Of a DNA stretch of 64,000 nt, positions 18,630 to 28,219 are shown piece by piece. This DNA is from Akkermansiaceae bacterium (lineage in GTDB: Bacteria > Verrucomicrobiota > Verrucomicrobiia > Verrucomicrobiales > Akkermansiaceae). Under the pieces are notes generated by a model. The model had not been told where the DNA came from. It searched no databases and saw nothing but the letters and a program-made list of their open reading frames with translations. The stretch is taken from NCBI GenBank assembly GCA_051251915.1, contig JBPOGF010000010.1, forward strand, positions 32,001 through 96,000, written 5' to 3'. Numbering within the stretch: the stretch's first letter is position 1; every line of letters begins with the position of its first letter. A program made the position numbers and the translations under genes.

Positions 18630-21107
18630 ATGACTCCATTGAAACATCGTCACAAAATTTACAAGCAAGTCAGCTTTCTGTTAAGCTTCTGCGTTTCAGC
18701 AATGACTCTAACAGCTGAAACTAAGCCGAATGTCATCCTGGTGATGACGGATGACCAGGGGTATGGGGATTTGGGGTGCCATGGGAATAGTATTTTGAAG
18801 ACGCCGGAGCTGGATAGGCTGCATGCGGAGTCTGTTAGATTTACGGATTTCCATGTGAGTCCGTTTTGTACACCGACTAGGGCGGCTTTGATGACGGGGA
18901 ATCATCCTGGGTATACTGGAGCTTATCGTACGAGTTCGGGGCGCTCCTTGATGCATGCGGATGAGAAGACTGTGGCGGATCTTTTTGCCAGTGCTGGCTA
19001 TGTCACTGGCATGGCTGGTAAGTGGCATCTTGGTGATAATGCGCCGCACCGTCCGCAAGATCGTGGTTTTCAGGATGTGGTTTGGCATCGATGTGGTGGC
19101 ATTGGTCAGGCGTCTGACTATTGGGGGAATGATTATTTCGATGACACGTATGCTGTAGTAAAGCCAGGTAGCCGAGTAGAGAAGTTTGAGAAATTTGAGG
19201 GCTACTGTACTGATGTCTTTTTCCGTGAGTGTATGAGATTTGTCGGTGAGAATAAGGACAAGCCATTCTTCTACTATCTTGCACTCAATGCACCTCATGG
19301 TCCGTATTACGTAGCTCCAGAGTGGGCTGCCCCCTATAAAGGAATCAAGAATGTGGCGAATCCAAATTTTTACGGGATGATCGCTAACTTTGATCACAAC
19401 ATGGGGCTCCTGCGCAAAAACTTAGAGGAACAAGGATTAGCAGAAAATACGATTCTGATCTTTATGACGGATAATGGGACATCGGCTGGCGCAAAGTTCA
19501 AGGGCTTGGATTCCGAAGCTCTTATAGGCTACAATGCTGGGATGCGTGGGAAGAAGTCATCAGTATATGATGGCGGTCACCGTGTGCCATTTTTTATTCA
19601 CTGGCCGAAAGGTGGGCTGACTGGAGGTAAGGATATAGAGACCATTGGGGCGCATATTGATGTGCTACCTACGCTTGCGGAACTCTGCGGTATCAAGGTA
19701 GGAGAAGGGTATGATGCAGATGGCATTTCACTGAAACCACTACTGGATGGATCAGACAAGCCATGGAAGCGCGAGCATCATGTGGTGCAGTATCATGGCG
19801 GAGCTCATGGGGCCGCGATGCCAGCGGGTCCGTTGGCCTTCTCAGTAGTTCTAACAGAACGCTGGCGTTTGGTGAATTCCAATGGGCAATTTTTATTCGA
19901 TATTGAGGCTGATCCTGCGCAGCGTGAGGATGTGTCTGGCGATCATCCGGAAGTTGTGAAGAGGTTACGAGCGCTCTATGATCCATTTTGGGAGAAGGTT
20001 TCACCGAGGTTGACGCCGGTGCGTATTGATGTGGGCGATCCTGGTGAGCCATTGACGGCGCTTTGTTCACAGGATTGGTTTATGGATAAGGGGAATCCGC
20101 CATGGAATTTTGGAGAGATAAGAAGGCTGCCAAGGAAAACGGGTCCGTGGATGCTGGATGTGAAGCGTGCTGGGCGTTATCGGTTGACACTGCGCCAGTG
20201 GCCAGCCGAGGCGAATAAGCCAGTGATCGCGGTGCGTGCGAAAGTGGAGGTAGCTGGGAAAGAACAATCTGGGCCAGTGACTTCAGGTTGCAAGGCTGTC
20301 GTTGTTGAGATGGATTTGCCTGCTGGACCTGCGGAGCTGAAAACTTACCTCTATGATAAGGAGGGTAAAGCGGGTGGGGCGTATTTTACTGATGTGGAAT
20401 GGCTGGGCGAGAGCGCTAAGTTACCCAAGCCTGCAGAGGCTCCACAGAGTGTGGTTCGCGCTACTGAATCAGAATTACCTAAAGCCAAAGCAGCTCAACA
20501 AAAGTTCGATTTCAAGGCTGAATTGAAAGGGAAGAAATCATGGGAAACACACTCTTTTGCTGAAGCCGCGAAAATGGTTTGGGATGGAGTGGATCTGAGT
20601 GGAATGACTCTTACATTTTCTGCTCACAACTTCGGATACAATGATTCTATGAAGAAGGTGAACTTCTCTGGTTCGACTCTCAATACCACAGGGAATCAAC
20701 CCTTCATCAATGCTGATTTGAATGGTGCCGACTTTTCAGGAGCGATATTCAATATCAAAGGGCATGCTGGTAAAAATATGACTGCCTTTCGTGATGCTAA
20801 GCTAACAGGGGCAAATTTCTCTGGAATAACATGGGGAGAATCTACCGAGGGACTAATGAAAAAAACGGACTTCTTTTTCAGTGGTGGACCGGGATCTACT
20901 TCAGTTGCGGATAAGGATCTTGCCGTTACCTTTGAGGGTGCCGACCTCAGTCTCATCACTGGTGTAGCTAAGATCTCGATGATTAAAAATCTGGGCAAGC
21001 TTGATGGTAAAACACCCATTGGAGCGAAATACGATGCGTCCACATTGGCTAAGTCTGGCTGGAAAGCAGCTGAGCTGGATGCAGCCGGTTGGCAGAGTGT
21101 GAAATAA
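18630..21107 (+). CDS. Arylsulfatase with C-terminal beta-sandwich, linker and pentapeptide-repeat domain
   Basis: PNVILVMTDDQGYGD, CTPTR, GKWHLGD; tail with ADLNGADFSGAIF, AKLTGANFSG and FEGADLS repeats; start refined from 18582. Confidence 0.9.
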   Translation: MTPLKHRHKIYKQVSFLLSFCVSAMTLTAETKPNVILVMTDDQGYGDLGCHGNSILKTPELDRLHAESVRFTDFHVSPFCTPTRAALMTGNHPGYTGAYRTSSGRSLMHADEKTVADLFASAGYVTGMAGKWHLGDNAPHRPQDRGFQDVVWHRCGGIGQASDYWGNDYFDDTYAVVKPGSRVEKFEKFEGYCTDVFFRECMRFVGENKDKPFFYYLALNAPHGPYYVAPEWAAPYKGIKNVANPNFYGMIANFDHNMGLLRKNLEEQGLAENTILIFMTDNGTSAGAKFKGLDSEALIGYNAGMRGKKSSVYDGGHRVPFFIHWPKGGLTGGKDIETIGAHIDVLPTLAELCGIKVGEGYDADGISLKPLLDGSDKPWKREHHVVQYHGGAHGAAMPAGPLAFSVVLTERWRLVNSNGQFLFDIEADPAQREDVSGDHPEVVKRLRALYDPFWEKVSPRLTPVRIDVGDPGEPLTALCSQDWFMDKGNPPWNFGEIRRLPRKTGPWMLDVKRAGRYRLTLRQWPAEANKPVIAVRAKVEVAGKEQSGPVTSGCKAVVVEMDLPAGPAELKTYLYDKEGKAGGAYFTDVEWLGESAKLPKPAEAPQSVVRATESELPKAKAAQQKFDFKAELKGKKSWETHSFAEAAKMVWDGVDLSGMTLTFSAHNFGYNDSMKKVNFSGSTLNTTGNQPFINADLNGADFSGAIFNIKGHAGKNMTAFRDAKLTGANFSGITWGESTEGLMKKTDFFFSGGPGSTSVADKDLAVTFEGADLSLITGVAKISMIKNLGKLDGKTPIGAKYDASTLAKSGWKAAELDAAGWQSVK

Positions 21108-21108
21108 T

Positions 21109-21744
21109 TTATCGTTTCCTAAATTTCTGCATGATCTCTGCTCGTGAGTGGATGTGGAGCTTGCTGTAGACTTTGCGGACATGGCTGCGCACGGTGTCGA
21201 TGCTGACGTGGAGTTCATCGCCAATCAGCTTGTAGGATTTCCCCTCGATGAGTAAGTCTAGTACTTCTTGCTCGCGTGGTGTGAGAGCTACCTCTGGTTT
21301 GGGACTTGGTGCGCGGTGGAAGAATCCCACTACTTGACGGGCAATGTGTGGCGACATGGGTGAGCCACCATCGCGCGCTACGTGTAGAGCCTCGACGATT
21401 TCAGCAGGTGGGGTGCTTTTTAAAAGATAGCCGCAAGCTCCTGCGCGGAGTGCCTCAAATATTAGTTCATCTTCCTCATACATGGTGAGCACTAGACAGA
21501 CTAGAGATGGGCAGAGCTCTTTGAGCTCGGCGATGCATTCGATCCCATTTTTCCCTGGAAGATTGATGTCCACCAGCGCTACAGCAGGTGGATTGGTTGA
21601 GATTTGTTTGAGTGCCTCTTCGGAGCTGCCGTAGATCGCTTGGCAGTCGATGGTAGATCCGGGGAGATTGAAAAATTTCTCCATCGCACTGGAGTAGGGT
21701 TTGCTATCTTCGATGAGGACGATGGGAATGGTGCAGTCAGACAT
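21109..21744 (-). CDS. NarL/LuxR-family response regulator (system 1)
   Basis: IED, DINLPG, GACGYLLK receiver; LTPREQEVL...TVRSHVRKVYSKL HTH. Confidence 0.95.
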   Translation of the reverse strand: MSDCTIPIVLIEDSKPYSSAMEKFFNLPGSTIDCQAIYGSSEEALKQISTNPPAVALVDINLPGKNGIECIAELKELCPSLVCLVLTMYEEDELIFEALRAGACGYLLKSTPPAEIVEALHVARDGGSPMSPHIARQVVGFFHRAPSPKPEVALTPREQEVLDLLIEGKSYKLIGDELHVSIDTVRSHVRKVYSKLHIHSRAEIMQKFRKR

Positions 21745-21755
21745 GGTTTATTTGG

Positions 21756-23906
21756 CTAAGTTAGGGGTAGTTTCATTTCGACGATAGTGCCACTTGGCTC
21801 ACGGGGCAACCATTCACAGCTGCCTCCTATGTCATTGAGGCGTCTGGACATATTTTTCAGCCCATAGTGACCAGGTCCAGCTTCTTCCTCTGGAAGTCCA
21901 CAACCGTTGTCTGTCACGCGGACGATGAATTGTTTGCCATCCTGGCGCAAAGCGACTTCAACCTCGCTCGCGTCAGCGTGCTTGACGATGTTCTGGAGAG
22001 CTTCTTTAAAGGTAAGTGCCACTTCATGGCGAATACCAGCTCTGAGTTTGATATATTGCCATTCATTGGGACTAATGACACGGCAGGTGATGCCAAGTGG
22101 TGATAGGTAGGCGTCCGCATACTGCATGAGGAAGGTGGCTAGAGCAGTGAGGGTGTTATTTCTGGGATTCACAGCCCATACCGCCTCGTTGAGCGATGCC
22201 ATGGTCTCACGAATGTTGGATGTCATCGCTGATAGATCGGTTTTTGCGGCATTAGGAAGTTGATGTTCCAGAGCGAACACATCTTGGAGCACTGCGAGCT
22301 GAGCTAGACGAGCGCCGACATCATCGTGCATGTTCATGGCGATACGTGAACGCTCGGTCTCTATTGCGGATGATGCTTGCAGTTGCTTGATTTTCTGGCG
22401 AGAGAAGTAGCGAGTAGATAGCATGCCTACCAGCAAGGTAGCGCCGACGATCAACCACAGAAAAGCCTGAGTTTGGGTGAACCTAGCATCCACTGTGATC
22501 GGAATTTTCAAGACAGATGCATCCCAGCTGCCATCACTGTGAGCCGCTTGAATTTCTAGTATGTGGTCACCAGCTGGAGGGCAGGGGATTTCTAATAACA
22601 ATGTGTTCGAAATCTGCCAGCTCTTATCATCACTTCCTACCCTCCAACGATAAATGCGGTCATATGGCTTTCCAGTCTGTGGTATTTCAAACTGTAGACC
22701 TAGACGCCTAATTTCGGGAGGAATCTTTAGCTCGGTGTCCTTTAGAAGAGGCTGATTATCCATCGCTATGCCGGCCAGCTGCGCAGTACGCGTTTCATAG
22801 ACCTCCAGCTCGGCGAGCATAGGAGCGCCTTTTACATTACTTTCTGTAGATATACGGATATAGCGGCCACGAAACTGCCCCTCACCATCAGCCTCGCGTA
22901 AAATATCTACGCCTCCCTGATCAGCGTATGTTCCAGCGGGTCGATTGAGTGTCTGCCAGGTTGGAGTAGCGCCCTCTTTAGGATCTTGTTCGTAGACTTT
23001 AATCCTCATTTTGCCGAAGCGATTTAGATTATATTCATCCCCTCGTTGACGTAGTCCTATGTGATCTAAGATTCGCTGTTGGCCTAGATCTATTTCAAAG
23101 TAAAAACCCTCATTCTCACCATGGGCTTTGGGATGTGCTAGCGTCGATGGCCAGCCATCTGTCAGTGCGCTTGGTAGCATCTGTACAAAGACTGAATATG
23201 CTTGTCCAGTTATATGGAGAGGATGAGTGGCTGTGACTGGTGCTCCCAGAGCTATATTGGTAGTAGAGCTCAGCTCTTCTACACGGAATTCCGTGAGCAT
23301 AAAGTCGCCATTGGCAGCCCAAGCCATAGCTGGTCCGAGGTCCGACTGCTCGGCACGAATAACGGGATATACCTGAATTCGGAAGCCCGTGACTGATTTG
23401 CCCAGCAGGCGGCTTGAGATCCGATAAACTTCATCTGGAATCATACCTGTCACTACATAAGACACTTCCTTGGCTAAAAGATGATTATTACTATCTGAAG
23501 AAAGTTCAGCATTGATCGCGCTATAATTTAATATTGGCAGTGGCTGCCAATTTCCATCTTTTGAGGGTCTCGTATCTGTAGTGTAGCTGACAGAGAAATC
23601 AGCAAAGGCGGAATGAGGTCGACCAGACATGAAGCACATCGAAAGCTCTATATGGTCTGCATACATGGGCTTAGCTAGAGTGAATATAGCTGATTGAGGC
23701 GATGCCAATTTCTTACCAATACTCCACCCAGCGGCCGAAGCATTCCTACCATCAATAGTGAGGTTCAGTGCATCCTGTGTCCCAGCATGATGTGTCGCTT
23801 CCACTTTGGAAAAAGCAACCGGTTTGCGAGCCCACGCGGAATTCATGAACACCATCAGGAAGCAGGTCAATACCCAGAAGGGGAGTTTATTGTGGTGAGA
23901 AACCAT
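21756..23906 (-). CDS. HisKA_3 sensor histidine kinase with discoidin/galactose-binding-like extracytoplasmic domains (system 1)
   Basis: Signal peptide, F5/8-like motifs (NIALGAPV, LTDG, EIDLG, GRYIRI, LAELEVY), Y_Y_Y-like segment, TM, ERSRIAMNMHDDVG, EALQNIVKHA, DNGCG, GHYGL. Confidence 0.92.
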   Translation of the reverse strand: MVSHHNKLPFWVLTCFLMVFMNSAWARKPVAFSKVEATHHAGTQDALNLTIDGRNASAAGWSIGKKLASPQSAIFTLAKPMYADHIELSMCFMSGRPHSAFADFSVSYTTDTRPSKDGNWQPLPILNYSAINAELSSDSNNHLLAKEVSYVVTGMIPDEVYRISSRLLGKSVTGFRIQVYPVIRAEQSDLGPAMAWAANGDFMLTEFRVEELSSTTNIALGAPVTATHPLHITGQAYSVFVQMLPSALTDGWPSTLAHPKAHGENEGFYFEIDLGQQRILDHIGLRQRGDEYNLNRFGKMRIKVYEQDPKEGATPTWQTLNRPAGTYADQGGVDILREADGEGQFRGRYIRISTESNVKGAPMLAELEVYETRTAQLAGIAMDNQPLLKDTELKIPPEIRRLGLQFEIPQTGKPYDRIYRWRVGSDDKSWQISNTLLLEIPCPPAGDHILEIQAAHSDGSWDASVLKIPITVDARFTQTQAFLWLIVGATLLVGMLSTRYFSRQKIKQLQASSAIETERSRIAMNMHDDVGARLAQLAVLQDVFALEHQLPNAAKTDLSAMTSNIRETMASLNEAVWAVNPRNNTLTALATFLMQYADAYLSPLGITCRVISPNEWQYIKLRAGIRHEVALTFKEALQNIVKHADASEVEVALRQDGKQFIVRVTDNGCGLPEEEAGPGHYGLKNMSRRLNDIGGSCEWLPREPSGTIVEMKLPLT

Positions 23907-23966
23907 AGAATGGTCATTTTTTAGCGATATGATGGCGTATGGTCAATCGATAAACTAGCATGAAAT

Positions 23967-24012
23967 ATCACATTGTCATGCGATAGACGAGGAATGGATT
24001 TTCTGGCAATAT
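23967..24012 (+). promoter_or_regulatory. 7-4-7 response-regulator box plus promoter for the PEP-CTERM gene
   Basis: ATCACAT-TGTC-ATGCGAT-AGAC; TAGACG-17-CAATAT. Confidence 0.72.
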
Positions 24013-24104
24013 CAAATAGTAAAACAGATAATGCTCTCGCTTTCACACGTGATATGAGTGTTTCTGAATATTTTATCACATTAAAAAACTAATAAATAAG
24101 AATA

Positions 24105-24725
24105 ATGAAAAAACTACTACAAATATCATCGGTTGTAATGATTACATCTGTTTCTGCAAGTGCCGCTAGCTTAGCCGTGTATAATTTTGAAAATGCGACT
24201 AATCGCAACGAAGATTCGGCCAATCTAATTAATGCAACGGATCTAGTTAATGCGGGTAATCAAAATAACTCAGTTCCAGCTGTAGACTATTATAACGGCA
24301 CACGAGGTGGACAGCATGCAAATGCCCTCAACACAGCTGGATTAACTGATTTTGTATCTTGGACAACAGCTGGTCTTGCTGGAGAGAACATTACTTATGA
24401 AAATGTGTCTGCGTTCTTTGGCAGCAATGGCGGCTCTTTTACACCAGCTCTATCATACGAGATTGGTGCCGGTTCATCCGTAGCTGCAGGGACGGGTACT
24501 ACTCCTGCTTTGCAAACATTCAACCAACAAACGTTCAATTTTGCTGACTTCACTACAGACGAAACAGTCACTTGGACGATAACTTTCACTAAAGTATCTG
24601 GAGGTAATGACCGTTTGCGATTTGATGATCTCACAGTTACAGGAACAGTTGTCCCAGAGCCTAGCAGCACTGCTCTTCTCGGACTCGGTGGTCTAGCCTT
24701 GATCGCTCGCCGCCGACGCGGGTAG
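24105..24725 (+). CDS. PEP-CTERM sorting-domain surface protein
   Basis: Signal peptide; C-terminal VPEPSSTALLGLGGLALIARRRRG. Confidence 0.95.
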   Translation: MKKLLQISSVVMITSVSASAASLAVYNFENATNRNEDSANLINATDLVNAGNQNNSVPAVDYYNGTRGGQHANALNTAGLTDFVSWTTAGLAGENITYENVSAFFGSNGGSFTPALSYEIGAGSSVAAGTGTTPALQTFNQQTFNFADFTTDETVTWTITFTKVSGGNDRLRFDDLTVTGTVVPEPSSTALLGLGGLALIARRRRG

Positions 24726-24752
24726 GAATAATAAATTTTGTGTTTAATATTT

Positions 24753-24790
24753 ATCCCTGGTTGATCTTCGGATCTGCTAGGGATTTTTTT
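24753..24790 (+). terminator. Intrinsic terminator after the PEP-CTERM gene
   Basis: ATCCCTGG..GATC-TTCG-GATC..CTAGGGAT followed by a T-run. Confidence 0.8.
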
Positions 24791-24806
24791 ATGTGAAATA
24801 GGTGAA

Positions 24807-24852
24807 ATCACATCATCATGCGATAGACTAGAGCTTGTCAGATAATTATCTT
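24807..24852 (+). promoter_or_regulatory. 7-4-7 response-regulator box plus promoter
   Basis: ATCACAT-CATC-ATGCGAT-AGAC; TAGACT-17-TATCTT; 20 of 22 nt identical to the 23967 box. Confidence 0.75.
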
Positions 24853-24946
24853 ACAAGCATACGCACTGACATCCTAAAAAATAAGGATCTCGAAACTGAT
24901 CAATTATTCAAAATAACAACGTAATAAACTAGGTAATTTTTAACCA

Positions 24947-27865
24947 ATGAAAAATAAACTGACGACAATAACAGTAGGCTTGATGGCGATTACAGGATTC
25001 AGCTATGCCGCGGATATTTATGTAAGCCCTGATGGCGCTGATACGAATGCAGGAACACAAGCTAAACCTTTAGCTACATTTTCTGCGGCACGTGATAAGG
25101 TCCGCGCAGTTGTCGGGAAAGAAGCTGTCACGGTGCATGTGGGTGATGGTATTTATTACCTTCCAGAGACGCTGGTATTCACACCTGCCGATTCAGGCAC
25201 AGAGAAAAATCCAGTCGTTTACAAAGCAGCCAACGAGGGGAAAGCAATTATCAGTGGAGGCTCTCAGCTGGATCTGACATGGACAGATTATGAGGGTGGG
25301 ATCTATCAGGTTAAGACGGCAGAGGGGTTGAAGATTGATCAGTTATTTATCGATGGTAAGAATCAGCGGATGGCGCGTTATCCGAATTTCGATCCTGAGA
25401 AGAAGGCCGAGCCTTATCAGGGGTATGCTGCTGATGCGTTTTCTAAGGAACGAGCAGATCTCTGGGCAGATCCTACCGGAGGATATATTCACTCAATGCA
25501 CCGCGCTCGCTGGGGTGGTTATCATTACCTGATCACCGGCAAGGATGACAAGGGTGAGGTCATTTATGAAGGTGGCTGGCAGAATAACCGTAAGTCATCC
25601 ATGCATGCTGAGTATCGTATGGTGGAGAACATTTTCGAGGAGCTAGATGTGGAGCATGAGTGGTATCACAATACGAAGACGAACACACTTTATTTCAAAC
25701 CAGCTGATGGAACTGATATGAGTTCTGTGAAGGTTGAAGTGGTGCGTTTAAGGCATTTGGTGGAATTTCAGGGATCAGAGAAGGAGCCTGTGAAATACAT
25801 TACTTTACAGGGTTTTACAGTTCGCCATGCGGCGCGCACGTTTATGGATGTGAAGGAACCGCTTTTGCGCTCAGACTGGGCGATTTACCGTGGTGGAGCT
25901 TACTTGCTAACTGGAACTGAGGATGTACAAATTTTGGATACGGAGTTTGATCAGGTGGGTGGCAATGCCGTCTTTGTGAACAACTACAATCGTAATGTTA
26001 TGGTGAAGGGGTGCCATATCCATGATGCGGGTGCTAGTGGTGTTTGTTTTGTGGGTGATCCTAATGCGGTGCGAGATCCGTTATTTGAATATGGTGAGAA
26101 GAATGATTTGTCAAAACTAGACCTCACTGTGGGGCCGAAGACTAACAATTATCCAGCAAATTCTACGGTGGAGGATTGTTTGATTCATGGGATAGGCCGC
26201 ACTGAGCGACAGCCAGCGGGTGTGCAGATTTCTATGGCGCAGGGCATCACTATACGTGACTGCTCTATCTACGATACCGCGCGTGCGGGTATCAATATCA
26301 GTGAGGGGACTTGGGGGGGGCATTTGATCGAGCGTTGTGATGTGTTTGATACTGTTTTAGAAACTCACGACCATGGATCATTTAACTCATGGGGACGAGA
26401 TCGTTACTGGCGTTCGGATGTGAAGCCGACTCAAGAGGCGGTGAATAAAGACCCTAAGCTTCCATTCTTGGATGCGATGAAGACGACTGTGATTCGTGAT
26501 AGCCGCTGGCGATGTGAGCACGGCTGGGATATTGATCTCGATGACGGAAGCTCAAATTATGACATTTATAATAACTTGCTGCTGTCTGGTGGGTTGAAAT
26601 TACGCGAAGGCTTCCGTCGTCATGCGTGGAATAACATCACAGCGAATAATGGTTTTCATCCGCATGTTTGGTATCATGGAAGTAAGGATCAGATTTATTC
26701 TAACATTTTCATGTCTTCACATAGAGCCGCTCGTATGAATACGCCTTACACCGATGGCACACGAGTCGATAGCAATTTCTATGCTGTTCCTGAAGCTAGG
26801 ATCATGAATCTCTCTAAGAAACTTGGTTGGGATGAAAATTCCGCTTTTGGAGACCCGATGTTTATCGATCCGGAGAGTGGAGATTTTAGGGTCAAGGAAG
26901 GTTCACCAGCGTTGAAGGTAGGGTTTAAGAATTTCCCGATGGATCAGTTCGGAGTGAAGAAAGCATCACTCAAAGCGATAGCTAAGACACCTGTTTTTGG
27001 ACCTATAAAGAAAGCAAAGGGATCTAACAAAACGCAAGCCCAACCTGCGGCTAGGAAAGGACCGTTTGTCTGGCTGGGTGCGAAGCTTCATACATTATCC
27101 GGGGAGGAATTCTCCGCCTATGGGGTGAGTAAAGAAGAGGGCGGGGTTAGCTTAAGGGCTGTTCCAGCTAATTCTGCGGCGGCTAAATCAGGTCTTGAGC
27201 AGGATGACCTTATCCAGGGATTGAACGGACAGAAGGTTTCTTCCACTGAGGACCTTTTTAAGGCGTTGGCAACTGCTGGATCCAAGCCAGTGAAAGTGAA
27301 AGTGGTGAGAAATCAGGAGGCGACAGAATTGACTCTGCCACCATTGCCTTATGTGAAAATAGAACAAGCATCTAATGCCAAAGGATTCACTAGATTACCA
27401 CTTCCAGCTGCTAGAGAAGGATTGATTACTACTCATCCTGGCACCAATAACGATCCTCTAACAAGTCTAGTAGACGGAAAACTAGGGAGAGGTTTTGGAC
27501 CTGTATTTAGTAACGGAATCACCAACGGAGCCTATAAAATGGACTTGGGGTCAGCCAAGAGCGTTGCTGCTATTACCAGCTGGTCTTTTGGAAAAGGAGG
27601 TCGTGGTATGCAAAAACTAACGCTGTATGGTAGTGCCTCTGATAAAAATCCTGGTTGGGAGCTAAACAACTACACTCCTCTGGGGACGATCGATACCACA
27701 GCTACCTATATAGCAACTTATACTGCGGCTTCGCTACGAGCTCCAGCAGGGAAATCGTTAGGTAACTATCGCTGGATTGTTTGGGCGGTTTCACCGGTCA
27801 CTTCTGCTGGTGATGGTGAGAACACCTCGTTTCAAGAACTTTCGGTTCAGCTGGGATCGAACTGA
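24947..27865 (+). CDS. Right-handed beta-helix glycosidase (GH141-like) with PDZ and C-terminal discoidin-like domains
   Basis: IYVSPDGAD...PLAT, ARYPN, VENIFEELD...EWY, DHGSFNSWG, IDLDDGSS; PDZ-like SAAAKSGLEQDDLIQGLNG...VVRN. Confidence 0.75.
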   Translation: MKNKLTTITVGLMAITGFSYAADIYVSPDGADTNAGTQAKPLATFSAARDKVRAVVGKEAVTVHVGDGIYYLPETLVFTPADSGTEKNPVVYKAANEGKAIISGGSQLDLTWTDYEGGIYQVKTAEGLKIDQLFIDGKNQRMARYPNFDPEKKAEPYQGYAADAFSKERADLWADPTGGYIHSMHRARWGGYHYLITGKDDKGEVIYEGGWQNNRKSSMHAEYRMVENIFEELDVEHEWYHNTKTNTLYFKPADGTDMSSVKVEVVRLRHLVEFQGSEKEPVKYITLQGFTVRHAARTFMDVKEPLLRSDWAIYRGGAYLLTGTEDVQILDTEFDQVGGNAVFVNNYNRNVMVKGCHIHDAGASGVCFVGDPNAVRDPLFEYGEKNDLSKLDLTVGPKTNNYPANSTVEDCLIHGIGRTERQPAGVQISMAQGITIRDCSIYDTARAGINISEGTWGGHLIERCDVFDTVLETHDHGSFNSWGRDRYWRSDVKPTQEAVNKDPKLPFLDAMKTTVIRDSRWRCEHGWDIDLDDGSSNYDIYNNLLLSGGLKLREGFRRHAWNNITANNGFHPHVWYHGSKDQIYSNIFMSSHRAARMNTPYTDGTRVDSNFYAVPEARIMNLSKKLGWDENSAFGDPMFIDPESGDFRVKEGSPALKVGFKNFPMDQFGVKKASLKAIAKTPVFGPIKKAKGSNKTQAQPAARKGPFVWLGAKLHTLSGEEFSAYGVSKEEGGVSLRAVPANSAAAKSGLEQDDLIQGLNGQKVSSTEDLFKALATAGSKPVKVKVVRNQEATELTLPPLPYVKIEQASNAKGFTRLPLPAAREGLITTHPGTNNDPLTSLVDGKLGRGFGPVFSNGITNGAYKMDLGSAKSVAAITSWSFGKGGRGMQKLTLYGSASDKNPGWELNNYTPLGTIDTTATYIATYTAASLRAPAGKSLGNYRWIVWAVSPVTSAGDGENTSFQELSVQLGSN

Positions 27866-27875
27866 CTTCAATGGT

Positions 27876-28173
27876 GCGAAGGAAGGACCGATTATGATTA
27901 CTGATATTCCGGGGCAATATGTTGTAGATGTTGTTCTGGAAAACATCGTTATTTCTTATCCATGGCACGGCACTGAAGCGGATTCTAAACGTAAGTTAGC
28001 TGAAGACAATGCACGCTACCCTGAGTAATGTTTTTTGGGTGTTACCAAGTTGGAGTGCTTACATCTGGCATGCAAAAAACATGAAGTTCAAGAATGTGAC
28101 GATGACTACCCGTGATGAGAACGCGCGGACAAAAATTGTTTTGGATGATGTGGGTAGACTTGTTAAACATTAG
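27876..28173 (+). pseudogene. Remnant of the 3' end of a GH28-like gene, paralogous to 53770-54066
   Basis: [50 protein letters not shown], frameshift, then LPSWSAYIWHAKNMKFKNVTM...KIVLDDV; aligns with the C-terminus of 52585-54066. Confidence 0.9.
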
Positions 28174-28219
28174 AATATATAAATGGAAACATGAAAAAAT
28201 ATTATACCTAATCACGAGC

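Noticed and set aside
27777..28028. 83-aa ORF
   Set aside because: Chimera of an off-frame gene end and the GH28 pseudogene remnant
28112..28219. N-terminal extension of the 639-aa ORF
   Set aside because: Lies within the GH28 remnant; a signal peptide only appears downstream
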